64,000 nt of DNA from an uncultured Clostridia bacterium (GCA_948440265.1 CAOJOK010000007.1:658-64657), one strand, 5' to 3'. Counted from the stretch's first letter, positions 7,947 to 17,197 are shown. The notes: generated from the letters alone by a model not told the origin. Program-made: numbers and translations.

Positions 7947-10490
7947 TCAGCAGTCCAGCCAGCTCTTGCCGACGCCTATATCCACGATGAGCGGCACTTT
8001 CAGTTTGACTGCGTTTTCCATACAGTCGCGCAAAATTTCCTTTACTTCGTCGACTTCTTCTTCCGCCGCTTCCACAATGAGCTCGTCGTGAATCTGCAAA
8101 ATGAGTTTGGACTTCTTTGCTTTCAGGCGGTTATGAACGGCTATCATCGCCGCTTTTATTATATCCGCCGCGCCGCCCTGCAAGGGCGTGTTCATAGCCA
8201 CTCTTTCGCCGAACTGACGAACGGTATACTGCGACGAAAACAGCTCGGGTATCTTTCTGCGCCTGCCCATAAGAGTCACCGCATAGCCGCGTTCTTTCGC
8301 AAGGCGCACGGACTCGTCGAGATATTCGGCGACGGTGGGAAAGCGTTTGAAATATTCGTCGATATACTTCTTCGCTCCCGCCCTGCTTATATTTATATTC
8401 TGAGACAGACCGAAGTCGCTTATGCCGTATATTATTCCGAAATTTACCGCCTTGGCCTCCCTGCGCATTTTGGAAGTCACTTCGGCGAGCGGCACGCCGA
8501 ACACCATAGACGCCGTTATCGCGTGCACGTCGTCGCCGTCATAATATGCCTTGACCAACGTATCGTCGCCCGAAAGGTGCGCGAGTAGGCGCAGTTCTAT
8601 CTGCGAGTAGTCCGCCGACACCAGCGTTCTGCCCTCTCTTGCCGCAAACAGCGCGCGCAGTTTCTTGCCGCGTTCTTCGCGCACGGGAATATTCTGCAAG
8701 TTGGGCTCCACGGAGGAAAGTCTGCCCGTCGCCGTGGAGGTCTGGCGAAATTCCGTCCTTACCACGCCGTCCTTATCGGCAAGCTTCAACAGCCCTTCTA
8801 TATACGTCGAGTTGAGTTTGCTTACCGTGCGGTAAGTCAATATTTTCTCTATTACGGGGTGCTGATTTATTATCTGCTGCAACACGTCCGCGCCCGTGGA
8901 CACCGCGCCCTTTCGCGGATAATTCAGACCCATATCTTCGAACAGCACTTTGCCGAGCTGTTTGGGGCTGTTTATATTGAACTCCGTGCCGCACATTGCG
9001 TATATTTCTTCCGTCAGTTTTTCTATCTCCGCGGTATACTCGGCGGAAAACTCTTTCAGTCTTTCGACGTCCAAACGGAAGCCTTCCTTTTCCATTCCGT
9101 ACAGCACGTCCACAAGCGGCATTTCCAAATCATAAAACACCTTATGCAAGCCGAATTTTTCTATTTCTTCGGTCAGCATTTTGTCCAGCCGCATAAGCCC
9201 CGCCGCTATCGCTTCGGTCGGGATATCGTAATTTTTCAGCAGTTTTTCCGCCGTTTCGTTCGGCACGCTCACGTCGGCGACATACTGTTCGAGCTTGACG
9301 TCGCGGCAGTTTACGGCAGACACGGAAAGTCTGTCGAGATACTTTTTCAGTTTCTTCAAGTCGTACACGACTTTGGTTATTTGTTCGTCTTCGAACAGCT
9401 CCTTTATCGCCGCCGCGCACTCGGTATAGCTTATACCGACGTCGTCGAGGCGGACGGCAACCGTCGCCCTGTACTCGTTTTCGCCGTCGACGGCAAGTTT
9501 GAGTCCGTTATCGTCCGCTTCCACCGCCGCCGCGCCTTTTTTTCTCATCTCGGCGAACAGCTCTTTGAGCGATTTATAATCGGTTATGTTATGAAGCAGG
9601 GGTTGAGAGTGCGACACGCTTTTGCTCTTATCGTCCGAAACGGCAAAAATCTCGTCCCTTTTCACAAGGCTTTTGAAGCCCGTTTCTATGAAAAATTCCT
9701 TTACCCTGTAATCGAACGGATATGAGAGCAGGCACTCGGACAGCTCGCAGTCTATCGGAGCGTTCGTATCTATCGTGGCGAGCTCTTTGGACAGATACGC
9801 CTGTTCCTTTCCGGCAATCAGGCGCTCTTTCAGTTTGCCGCCTATTTTGTCTATATTGGCGTACACGCCGTCGAGGCTTTCGTACTCTTTCAACAGCGAG
9901 TGCGCGCCCTTGTCGCCTATGCCGGTAACGCCCGAGATACAGTCGGACGAGTCGCCTGCAATCGCCTTATATTCTATTATCTGCGCTGGGGTCAGGTCGA
10001 ATTCTCTTTTCAGACCCTCCTCGTCGAGTTCCAGCGTTTCGGTTATGCCGCGCTTGGTGAGCACGACTCTGGTCGTATCGTCTATGAGTTGCAGGCTGTC
10101 TCTGTCGCCCGTGACTATATAGGTCTGCGCGCTGCTTCTGCGCGAGAGCGTGCCTATCAGGTCGTCCGCCTCATAGCCTTCCTTTTCTATCATTTTTATG
10201 CCCATACGGGACAGCATTGTTTTCAGCGTCGGCATTTGCACGGCAAGGTCGGGCGGCATTCCCTTTCTCGTCGCCTTATAGCCGTCATAGCGTTTATGGC
10301 GGAAAGTCGGCGCAGGCAAATCGAAAGCCACCGCCATATATTTCGGCGAGTAGTCCTGTATCATCTTTATCAGCATTGTAGCAAACCCGTATACCGCCTG
10401 CGTCGGTTTGCCGTCGTTGAGCATAGGCGGCAGTGCGTAAAACGCGCGGTTGACGAGAGAATTGCCGTCGATGATTATCAGTCTATCCAT
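7947..10490 (-). CDS. polA: DNA polymerase I
   Basis: 847 aa. 5'-nuclease N-terminus (LIIIDGNSLVNRAFYAL) and family-A polymerase motifs (DYSQIELRLLAHLSGD, RREAKAVNFGIIYG, LQIHDELIVE). Confidence 0.95.
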   Translation of the reverse strand: MDRLIIIDGNSLVNRAFYALPPMLNDGKPTQAVYGFATMLIKMIQDYSPKYMAVAFDLPAPTFRHKRYDGYKATRKGMPPDLAVQMPTLKTMLSRMGIKMIEKEGYEADDLIGTLSRRSSAQTYIVTGDRDSLQLIDDTTRVVLTKRGITETLELDEEGLKREFDLTPAQIIEYKAIAGDSSDCISGVTGIGDKGAHSLLKEYESLDGVYANIDKIGGKLKERLIAGKEQAYLSKELATIDTNAPIDCELSECLLSYPFDYRVKEFFIETGFKSLVKRDEIFAVSDDKSKSVSHSQPLLHNITDYKSLKELFAEMRKKGAAAVEADDNGLKLAVDGENEYRATVAVRLDDVGISYTECAAAIKELFEDEQITKVVYDLKKLKKYLDRLSVSAVNCRDVKLEQYVADVSVPNETAEKLLKNYDIPTEAIAAGLMRLDKMLTEEIEKFGLHKVFYDLEMPLVDVLYGMEKEGFRLDVERLKEFSAEYTAEIEKLTEEIYAMCGTEFNINSPKQLGKVLFEDMGLNYPRKGAVSTGADVLQQIINQHPVIEKILTYRTVSKLNSTYIEGLLKLADKDGVVRTEFRQTSTATGRLSSVEPNLQNIPVREERGKKLRALFAAREGRTLVSADYSQIELRLLAHLSGDDTLVKAYYDGDDVHAITASMVFGVPLAEVTSKMRREAKAVNFGIIYGISDFGLSQNINISRAGAKKYIDEYFKRFPTVAEYLDESVRLAKERGYAVTLMGRRRKIPELFSSQYTVRQFGERVAMNTPLQGGAADIIKAAMIAVHNRLKAKKSKLILQIHDELIVEAAEEEVDEVKEILRDCMENAVKLKVPLIVDIGVGKSWLDC

Positions 10491-11082
10491 TCTTTTTCTC
10501 CTTGCCCGACGCCTTTTCTTTTTTCGGTATCAATTTTGCGACGACGTCGCCGAAAACGGGATTGACCTGCTTGACGGAATCGATTATCTTTTTGACGTCG
10601 CTTTCTCCCGTTCCGTCTTTTTTATACGTCATTATTGCGTTTAAACGGTTTTTATATTCTTCGTGCTGACTGCCGAGTCTACCCGTCAAGCTCGTTTCGA
10701 AATCGGCATAGTGCTTTTCGGCTTCGGCAATATCGCCGTCGATTAGCGAAAAGACGGTCAGCCAATAGTGCTTCGCATACAGGCTCTTTTTGTTTTGTAT
10801 GCCGTCCAGCATACGCAGACAGCCGTCTTTATCGTTCATAGCGTACGTCAAGACGGCGGACATTATGGTCATTGCCGCGCGTTTCAACGGCGAAATCGTC
10901 TGCGCTCTCACCGCCTTGCACGCCTTAAATGCGGCAATGGAGTCGCGCTCGAACAGGCTGTTTTGCAGTTTTTTCAAACGGGAATAGTATATCCCCGCCC
11001 ACACTATCACCAGCACTGCCGCGACGACGACAGCCGCAAGCACGACCCAAAATACTGTCAATTCCGCACTACACAGCATCAT
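10483..11082 (-). CDS. Hypothetical single-pass membrane protein
   Basis: Start reset to ATG 11082, which has AAGGAG 5 nt upstream; the track start was TTG 11106. N-terminal TM (VFWVVLAAVVVAAVLVIVWAGIYY) and a helical soluble part. The 3' end overlaps the polA start by 8 nt. Confidence 0.6.
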   Translation of the reverse strand: MMLCSAELTVFWVVLAAVVVAAVLVIVWAGIYYSRLKKLQNSLFERDSIAAFKACKAVRAQTISPLKRAAMTIMSAVLTYAMNDKDGCLRMLDGIQNKKSLYAKHYWLTVFSLIDGDIAEAEKHYADFETSLTGRLGSQHEEYKNRLNAIMTYKKDGTGESDVKKIIDSVKQVNPVFGDVVAKLIPKKEKASGKEKKNG

Positions 11083-11160
11083 AACATCTCCTTGAAACAA
11101 TTTCAAAGTTCAGTATAACACATAGGCAGGCTTTAAGTCAAGCGCGATACGCGGATATCG

Positions 11161-12507
11161 CTATAGCGTTTCGCCGACGGTGTTCTCCGTTTCGGTATCG
11201 GACAGCGTTTCGGTCATTTCGAGCGGCGGCGGTTCGACGGCTTTTTCGGCGGTTGCGGTTTCTTCCGACGGCGAAGCCGACTTTCTTTCGGAAGGTATTT
11301 CCCCCGCTTTTTTGAACGCGACTTTGGCGAGTATGACGGCTATGACTTCGTTTATTATCGCCGCGGCGACTATCGTCCCCGAAATAACGGCAGCCGAAGA
11401 CGGGTCTATCGCCGACAGCGTATTTACCGCTATGCCCGTGAACACCAGCGACACGCCCGAATGCGGCAGCAGAGTGAAGCCCAGCCACTTGGTCACGCGG
11501 GAATCGGCTTTGGTTATTTTGCCGCCTATGCAGGCGCAACCGACTTTGCCGACCGCTCTCGACAGAATGTATATGACGGTGAAAATTCCCGCGCCGGCAA
11601 TGAGACGGTAGTCGAGCGGCATTCCCAAATTGACGATTACGATTACAAGGGATATATTGAGTATCGGTCCGTATTTTTTCATCATTTCGTTCAGCTTTTG
11701 TTCGTCAATCAGATTGGCGACGGCGGCGGAAAACGACATTCCGATAAGCAAATAATTCAGCGTGAACGCGCGGAAAACGAAACAGTCTATCACGACGCCT
11801 ATGCCGATGCAGAAAACCAACCCCGTCAAAAAGACGGCAAAGCAACCTATGCCGTTCTTGATTTTGCGCAGTACAAAGCCCGTCGCCGCGCCCAGCGCTA
11901 TTCCTATGACGAACGGCAGAACAATCATTCCGACGGTGGAAAGCACGGACGCCGACTGTCCGCCTTTGACCGCGCCTATTACCGTTATCGTCGTGAAAAA
12001 CACTATGACGCCTATTACGTCGTCTATTGCCGCAAGCGGTATGAGCGTCCTTGTGACGGGTCCGTCGGTGCGGTATTCGTTGACTATGGACAGTGCCGGA
12101 GCAGGCGCGGTGGCAAGCGCGATACCGCCCATTACGAACGCAAGATAGACGGGTATTTTTGCAATAAGGAAAGTCACCGCAAACGCGAGCGTTACGAACG
12201 CAAACGTGCCCAGCGCCTGTATTACGGTTATGCCGATTATCTGTTTGCCCGAGCGCGCGATTTTTTTGAAGATGATTTCCCTGCCTATCATAACGCCGGC
12301 AAAGCACTCGAACACTTTGACGAATATCTTATACCACAGCGATTCGGTTATTTGTAAAGTGACGACACCTACCAGATACGGACCGAACACTATGCCCGTT
12401 ATCAGCCAGCCCAAAATGGCGGGCAGTTTGATTTTCGACACCAATTTGCCCACGACGAATGCTATACATATAATGGCAAACACCTTTAAAATATCCACTG
12501 CTATCAT
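11161..12507 (-). CDS. Cation:proton antiporter (CPA/Na+-H+ exchanger family)
   Basis: 448 aa, about 12 TM helices with a CPA-like pattern, and an acidic C-terminal tail. ATGA overlap with the upstream TetR gene. Confidence 0.75.
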   Translation of the reverse strand: MIAVDILKVFAIICIAFVVGKLVSKIKLPAILGWLITGIVFGPYLVGVVTLQITESLWYKIFVKVFECFAGVMIGREIIFKKIARSGKQIIGITVIQALGTFAFVTLAFAVTFLIAKIPVYLAFVMGGIALATAPAPALSIVNEYRTDGPVTRTLIPLAAIDDVIGVIVFFTTITVIGAVKGGQSASVLSTVGMIVLPFVIGIALGAATGFVLRKIKNGIGCFAVFLTGLVFCIGIGVVIDCFVFRAFTLNYLLIGMSFSAAVANLIDEQKLNEMMKKYGPILNISLVIVIVNLGMPLDYRLIAGAGIFTVIYILSRAVGKVGCACIGGKITKADSRVTKWLGFTLLPHSGVSLVFTGIAVNTLSAIDPSSAAVISGTIVAAAIINEVIAVILAKVAFKKAGEIPSERKSASPSEETATAEKAVEPPPLEMTETLSDTETENTVGETL

Positions 12508-12977
12508 ATCAAACGCTCCAATTTTTCGGCTATCGGCGGAGTCAGCGGACGACCGTTGAGTTTTTCGAACACGCCGTCTATTATGAACACGACCGCTTCC
12601 CCGTCGTCGGTCGGCAGTACGGCTTTTAATTTGTTTTTCACTTCGCCGTGTTTTGCCGCGGCAAGTTTTTTTACGGCTTCGTTCAGAGCAAATTTATTGA
12701 ATACGTCTTCCCGTATCATACAGTATGACGTATAGTACAAATCGAGCCATTCGAAAAAACCGGCGTCAATACTTTTTTCGGAAAGTCCGTCGATTTTTTT
12801 ACCGATTTCTTCGTAAAACTTTTCATAAACCGCCACAGCCAAATCTTCCTTGCTCGGGAAAAATTTGTATACGGTCTTTTTGGATATCTTCAATTCTTTG
12901 GCAATAGTATCGACGGAAAAGCGCAAGCCGTCTTTTTGCAAGCCGCGTATCGACACTTCCAAAATCTTTGTCTTCAT
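12504..12977 (-). CDS. TetR-family transcriptional regulator
   Basis: TetR HTH (GLRFSVDTIAKELKISKKTVYKFFPSKEDL). Start reset to ATG 12977; the track start was TTG 13010. Confidence 0.85.
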   Translation of the reverse strand: MKTKILEVSIRGLQKDGLRFSVDTIAKELKISKKTVYKFFPSKEDLAVAVYEKFYEEIGKKIDGLSEKSIDAGFFEWLDLYYTSYCMIREDVFNKFALNEAVKKLAAAKHGEVKNKLKAVLPTDDGEAVVFIIDGVFEKLNGRPLTPPIAEKLERLI

Positions 12978-13035
12978 ACAAGCATAACTCCTATAATGTA
13001 TTTTCTCCAAACAATTAAACGGCTGCGGAACTTAT

Positions 13036-13079
13036 TTGCGGACGCTGTGGAAACAAGTTGCGGACGCTGTGGAAACAAA
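13036..13079. repeat. Two tandem 22-bp direct repeats upstream of the TetR-antiporter operon (candidate operator)
   Basis: TTGCGGACGCTGTGGAAACAAG (13036-13057) is immediately followed by TTGCGGACGCTGTGGAAACAAA (13058-13079), 21 of 22 identical. It lies 59 nt upstream of the TetR start. Confidence 0.7.
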
Positions 13080-13185
13080 ATTTAATATGTTTCGTTTCCA
13101 TTATATAATATATTTATTCGAAATGCAACCGAATTGCAAAGAAAAAATAAGTTGTTTTAGAAAGTCGCGCAAATAGCGTTTTATA

Positions 13186-13222
13186 TACAAAAACAAACGT
13201 CCCGACAGAATATATCGGGACG
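13186..13222 (-). terminator. Rho-independent terminator after the DUF1871-like gene
   Basis: Stem CGTCCCGA (13198-13205) pairs with TCGGGACG (13215-13222). On the minus strand it is followed by TTTGTTTTTG. Confidence 0.75.
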
Positions 13223-13228
13223 GGGAAA

Positions 13229-13492
13229 TTACGATAATTTCGAAATTATTTCGGCGGAGATTTTGCGGCAAAGGCGTTTTTTAGGCATTTCGTCGAACTG
13301 GCTGTAAAACACGTCGGATATGATTTTATTCAAAGCGCGCTCGCTCGCGCTTGCGGCGGCATCGAACTTTTCTTCGATAAGCCGAGCTTCGGCGGAGTAT
13401 TCGTCGCTCGGACAGCCCAAAGCCAGCAGTCCCATAGGGTCGTTCATATCCAATACTTCTTTAATGATTTCGTATCTCTTTTCCCTTGTCAT
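13229..13492 (-). CDS. Small hypothetical protein (DUF1871-like pattern)
   Basis: Start reset to ATG 13492; the track start was ATT. 87 aa, MTREKRYEIIKEVLDMNDPMGLLALGCPSDEYSAEARLIEEKF... Confidence 0.55.
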   Translation of the reverse strand: MTREKRYEIIKEVLDMNDPMGLLALGCPSDEYSAEARLIEEKFDAAASASERALNKIISDVFYSQFDEMPKKRLCRKISAEIISKLS

Positions 13493-13549
13493 AACGGAGT
13501 CCTTTTCAATGTATGTGCGGACGGCAAAAAAAAGCAATCCGCTTGCCGC

Positions 13550-13807
13550 TTATTTCTTGAACCGATTGTCGAACTCTTTCAAATCGGCTTTTGTTTCTTC
13601 CGACAGGCGGTTGTAATCGACATTATCGACGGCGCCCTGCAAAACATATAAAAACACCAAACAAATTTCGGGATATTGCGCTTTCAGTCTTAAATAGGCT
13701 TCCTTACTGCCGACTGCAAGCAAATCTTCCGCCGTGTTTATATCCACCGATTTTAGCTTTCTCGACATTTCCGCGCCGATATTTTTCAAAGAAATCAATT
13801 CACTCAT
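13550..13807 (-). CDS. TfoX C-terminal-domain-only protein
   Basis: 85 aa. LKNIGAEMSRKLKSVDINTAEDLLAVGSKEAYLRLK resembles the helix-hairpin-helix TfoX_C domain. Confidence 0.65.
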   Translation of the reverse strand: MSELISLKNIGAEMSRKLKSVDINTAEDLLAVGSKEAYLRLKAQYPEICLVFLYVLQGAVDNVDYNRLSEETKADLKEFDNRFKK

Positions 13808-13817
13808 ATGATAATTT

Positions 13818-14597
13818 TTAATCGGCTATCCATTTTGCACACAGCGTAATATTGCCCGTTACTTTATCGGTTTCGAAATTCCACTGTGTTTCGTAATCTT
13901 CGTCAAACCAGCCTGCAAACGTATAGCCTTCTTTTGTCGGCGGTATCGGGCTTTCAATCACGGTGTTCTTTGCCACAACGTAAGCATACGTCGTCTGCTC
14001 TCCGCCGTCGGCATAAAACCCGACCTCTACTTTCTGCCGCTCAACGTCGTCGGTCCAATTATATTTCCACAGTCTCGACCACGTTTTTAAGTCGGTCAAA
14101 TACTGAAAATCGATATTGAACTTTATAAGCTTGCTGGTGGTATTGTCGCCTCTCGGTACAAATTGAGAGACGGATGACGTTCGAACGTCGGCATTTATCT
14201 CCAATTCTCCGCCGAAATTATCAAAACAATATTTGTTTAAATAGCACGAATGATTGATTACGATTTTACCGATATTTTTGCAGTCTATGGAATAAAGACG
14301 GTCTTGCCCTTCAATCGGCTTATAATATTCGCCTATTTGCTTTACGGGGAATCCGCCGAGTTCTTTCGGGATAACCAGCTCGTCGATGATTTCATCGTTG
14401 TTTACCCGTCCCAATATAATCGCCCAGTCGGCTTTTTTTTCGGACTTGGTCAATTCTCCGTTTTCACTGCAAAGAGCGTAATAGTAGCCGTCCGCTTCTT
14501 TCTTTATATCCCACGGGTCTGTGCAACCGCCCAATAAAAAGGAAAGGCAAGTCAAGACACACGCCAATGCAATGATTAAAAACTTTTTCGCTTTCAT
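13818..14597 (-). CDS. Lipoprotein with C-terminal Listeria-Bacteroides (Flg_new) repeat
   Basis: Lipobox LLGGC. C-terminus EGYTFAGWFDEDYETQWNFETDKVTGNITLCAKW. Start reset to ATG 14597, with GGGGTG 7 nt upstream. Confidence 0.75.
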   Translation of the reverse strand: MKAKKFLIIALACVLTCLSFLLGGCTDPWDIKKEADGYYYALCSENGELTKSEKKADWAIILGRVNNDEIIDELVIPKELGGFPVKQIGEYYKPIEGQDRLYSIDCKNIGKIVINHSCYLNKYCFDNFGGELEINADVRTSSVSQFVPRGDNTTSKLIKFNIDFQYLTDLKTWSRLWKYNWTDDVERQKVEVGFYADGGEQTTYAYVVAKNTVIESPIPPTKEGYTFAGWFDEDYETQWNFETDKVTGNITLCAKWIAD

Positions 14598-14650
14598 AAG
14601 CATCACCCCTTACCGTTTATTCTGCGCGAAGGACTGCTTCGTACGCTTAT

Positions 14651-14679
14651 ATTATATCACATACGCCGAGCGATTGCAA
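14651..14679 (-). promoter_or_regulatory. Sigma-70-type promoter for the lipoprotein gene
   Basis: Minus strand reads TTGCAA (14679-14674), a 17-nt spacer, then TATAAT (14656-14651), with TGA directly upstream of the -10 (extended -10). Confidence 0.5.
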
Positions 14680-14691
14680 GCCATTAACGAT

Positions 14692-14994
14692 TCAAAGTCG
14701 CTCGTTGCTTTTATCGAATGTGAACCAGCCGTGATATGTATCGGCAAACAAATAGTATTTGCGTCCGCACTCGGGACACTGTATCCTATACGATATACAG
14801 TCGTCTATCCAGCATCCGTTTGCGTCCCGACAAGGTTCGAAAACGGAATACTCGCTTTCGACGGAAACAAAACCGTCTTTTTCAATCAATTCTTTTACAT
14901 ACTCTCTGTACAGCATATACAGTTTTAAGTCGCCGCACTGCTTGATTATTCCCAATCTGCCGCATTTTTCACATTTTTTCATTTTCCAAAACAT
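14692..14994 (-). CDS. Small Cys-rich hypothetical protein (two CxxC pairs)
   Basis: 100 aa, ATG start. CEKCG near the N-terminus and CPECG near the C-terminus suggest a zinc ribbon. Confidence 0.5.
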   Translation of the reverse strand: MFWKMKKCEKCGRLGIIKQCGDLKLYMLYREYVKELIEKDGFVSVESEYSVFEPCRDANGCWIDDCISYRIQCPECGRKYYLFADTYHGWFTFDKSNERL

Positions 14995-15169
14995 ATTTTT
15001 TTATTTTCCGTAAATAAATCTAAAGCGGTTGTTTCGTAATGCCCTATTCTAATACGGATATTATAGCACATTACGATATGAAAATCAACGCTTTAAGGCA
15101 TTTACCGCAAATCAGGCAATCGGAAGGCGGCTGTCAAGGACGGTTTGCCGTATTGGCAAACGGCTTAAA

Positions 15170-16084
15170 TCATTGTTTTTCGTCCGCAGTCGCATTGTCG
15201 TGCGGTTCGGGCATAGGAATTTCGAAAGTCGGTTTTTTATAATACTTACCCTTGATAAAAACAATTAAGACGATTATAAAGGAAATCGTTTGCGCTATTG
15301 CTATTCTCACGGTTTGCAATTCGTCAATGCCGCTTGTCGAGCCGATATGCAGAATATTGATTATCGTATTATTTATAAAGTGGTCGGTCATTGGCAGCCA
15401 TAACGAACCCGTGATTTTTGTCAATAAACAAAACTTTGCTCCCGTAATTCCCGTCGTAAAAAAAAGCATTAACATCATCATAAACATACCGCCGAGACTG
15501 CGCTCGCCGTCGATATAACTGCGAATAGGCGCAATTAAATGCCATAAGCCGAACAGTACGGAAGATATAATTACAGCAATTAAAAAGTTATATTTCTTTT
15601 CCGACAGTTTCAAAAACAGTCCGCGAAAGACTCCTTCTTCCATAACTACATTTATAATGTTTCCTACAATACAGAGAACGAAAAACCAAAAGCCTGTTTG
15701 ATTTCCCATATTGCCGTCAACGGAATAACTTGTTACATAAAACTGCAACGACGGCGATTTGCCCATAGCGGCAAGAATTACCAATTCAACGCCATAGGCT
15801 AATACATAAACCGATATTCCGAGTATTGCCCCGTATAGCAAAAATTTAGGCGCACGGCGAACACTAAAACCCGCTTCGGACGGTTTAATATGCAAAAAGA
15901 ATAACGATAAAAAACAAAACGCTATGCCTAACAATTTATGTATAAAGGCTTCCCCGAAAAATGTTTGGTCGGTTCGTATCAAGAAATATTCCAAACAACG
16001 CAGCAGCAGGCAGACCGCGTAAACGGCAATAACGGATAAAATAATTTTAACACCGCTCCTGTTTTTGTCAGTCAACGTATTCAT
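15170..16084 (-). CDS. CPBP-family intramembrane glutamic protease (Abi/CAAX-like)
   Basis: Multi-TM protein with motifs EEGVFRGLFLKL and FGLWHL. Start reset to ATG 16084, with AAAGGAG 8 nt upstream; the track start was TTG 16153. Confidence 0.85.
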   Translation of the reverse strand: MNTLTDKNRSGVKIILSVIAVYAVCLLLRCLEYFLIRTDQTFFGEAFIHKLLGIAFCFLSLFFLHIKPSEAGFSVRRAPKFLLYGAILGISVYVLAYGVELVILAAMGKSPSLQFYVTSYSVDGNMGNQTGFWFFVLCIVGNIINVVMEEGVFRGLFLKLSEKKYNFLIAVIISSVLFGLWHLIAPIRSYIDGERSLGGMFMMMLMLFFTTGITGAKFCLLTKITGSLWLPMTDHFINNTIINILHIGSTSGIDELQTVRIAIAQTISFIIVLIVFIKGKYYKKPTFEIPMPEPHDNATADEKQ

Positions 16085-16115
16085 ACAAATTGCTCCTTTT
16101 AAAATCGTTTCGATA

Positions 16116-16144
16116 ATTATAATTGCTATTGCATTTAAAAGCAA
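16116..16144 (-). promoter_or_regulatory. Promoter of the CPBP gene
   Basis: Minus strand reads TTGCTT (16144-16139), a 17-nt spacer, then TATAAT (16121-16116). Confidence 0.5.
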
Positions 16145-16151
16145 TACTTCC

Positions 16152-16189
16152 AATACCGAGTTGCAAAAGCGGAATACCGAGTTACAAAA
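16152..16189. promoter_or_regulatory. Pair of 17-bp direct repeats phased 21 bp apart, abutting the CPBP -35 (candidate LytTR operator)
   Basis: AATACCGAGTTGCAAAA (16152-16168) and AATACCGAGTTACAAAA (16173-16189) are 16 of 17 identical. The proximal repeat ends 7 nt upstream of the -35 hexamer. Confidence 0.6.
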
Positions 16190-16214
16190 AAAAGGCTGTG
16201 AAATTCACAGCCTT
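16185..16214 (-). terminator. Rho-independent terminator after the LytTR-DUF3021 pair
   Basis: Stem GGCTGTG (16194-16200) pairs with CACAGCC (16206-16212), followed on the minus strand by a run of 8-9 T. Confidence 0.8.
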
Positions 16215-16220
16215 TAAAAC

Positions 16221-16661
16221 TTACTCTGTTTTATCGTTGTTATCTATTCTATTTCTCAATCTGTCCAAACTTGCGTTTATTTCCTTTGCGTCCCGATTGA
16301 TTTTTATAATGTCCATAACGATTGCAAGAACGAAAACTATAACGCCGACCACGCATACAATCCAAATTTCGTTTACGGCAAACCAATCGAACAGAAAACC
16401 GAAACCCAAAATTATACCGATTAAATAAACGAGCATTACAGCATAATTTATTATTCTATATTTCATATTTATTTTGTCAAATACTATGAAACCGATATGC
16501 GCCAATAAATTCGCGAGCAATATCTGAAAAGGCACGGCTATTGCCATTAAAGTAAACCCCTTTATTATAGCAACGATGCACATTAAAAAGATGCTCAATG
16601 CGGTTGTCGCAAGTGTATTTATCAGCAAATGCTTAACAAACCTAAATATCTGTTTTTTCAT
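16221..16661 (-). CDS. DUF3021-type small polytopic membrane protein (putative LytTR-regulator partner)
   Basis: 146 aa with 4 TM helices. ATGA overlap with the upstream LytTR gene. Confidence 0.7.
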   Translation of the reverse strand: MKKQIFRFVKHLLINTLATTALSIFLMCIVAIIKGFTLMAIAVPFQILLANLLAHIGFIVFDKINMKYRIINYAVMLVYLIGIILGFGFLFDWFAVNEIWIVCVVGVIVFVLAIVMDIIKINRDAKEINASLDRLRNRIDNNDKTE

Positions 16662-17104
16662 AACATTTTCTCCAATCGCTTTTTAATTGACGGAATAAAA
16701 TTCCTTGATATAATTACCTTTTCGCCGTTTTCCAGCATTGCTTCCATTTTCGAGTTGAAAATTGCTTTAACGCCGACCATAGTGTTTAAGTTCAAAACAC
16801 ACGATTTACTTATTTGTTCAAACCCGAAATTATATAGTTTTTCCGCAAATTGATATAGCGGCGAATCCGAACTATAAACTTTATCTTTCGTATAAATATA
16901 AACTTGCTTTTCTACACTTTCAATATAAAAAATTTCCGATACGCGCACAAAGCAAATCTTTCCGTCGTCATCTTGACAACGGACTATATTATCAACCGAT
17001 TTTATTACCGTTTCTATGCGGCGCACGGTTTCCGACATTTCGGGGTATTCTATAAGAATCTCGATATCATTCTTATTTTTGTTTTCTTTTAAGTTGATTT
17101 TCAT
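16658..17104 (-). CDS. Stand-alone LytTR-domain DNA-binding protein (no receiver domain)
   Basis: 148 aa. LytTR-like core (ICFVRVSEIFYIESVEKQVYIYTKDKVYSSDSPLYQFAEKL...FEQISKSCVLNLN). Start reset to ATG 17104 because the track TTG start lies inside the predicted -35. Confidence 0.8.
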   Translation of the reverse strand: MKINLKENKNKNDIEILIEYPEMSETVRRIETVIKSVDNIVRCQDDDGKICFVRVSEIFYIESVEKQVYIYTKDKVYSSDSPLYQFAEKLYNFGFEQISKSCVLNLNTMVGVKAIFNSKMEAMLENGEKVIISRNFIPSIKKRLEKML

Positions 17105-17111
17105 TACGGTT

Positions 17112-17140
17112 ATTATACCAAAAAACAACGCAAATTGCAA
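17112..17140 (-). promoter_or_regulatory. Promoter of the LytTR operon, apparently leaderless
   Basis: TTGCAA (17140-17135), a 17-nt spacer, then TATAAT (17117-17112). Only 7 nt separate the -10 from ATG 17104. Confidence 0.5.
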
Positions 17141-17197
17141 TTAAACGATTTTACAAATTGACAAATTATAAAGGGTGACGATTATCTATAATACATT

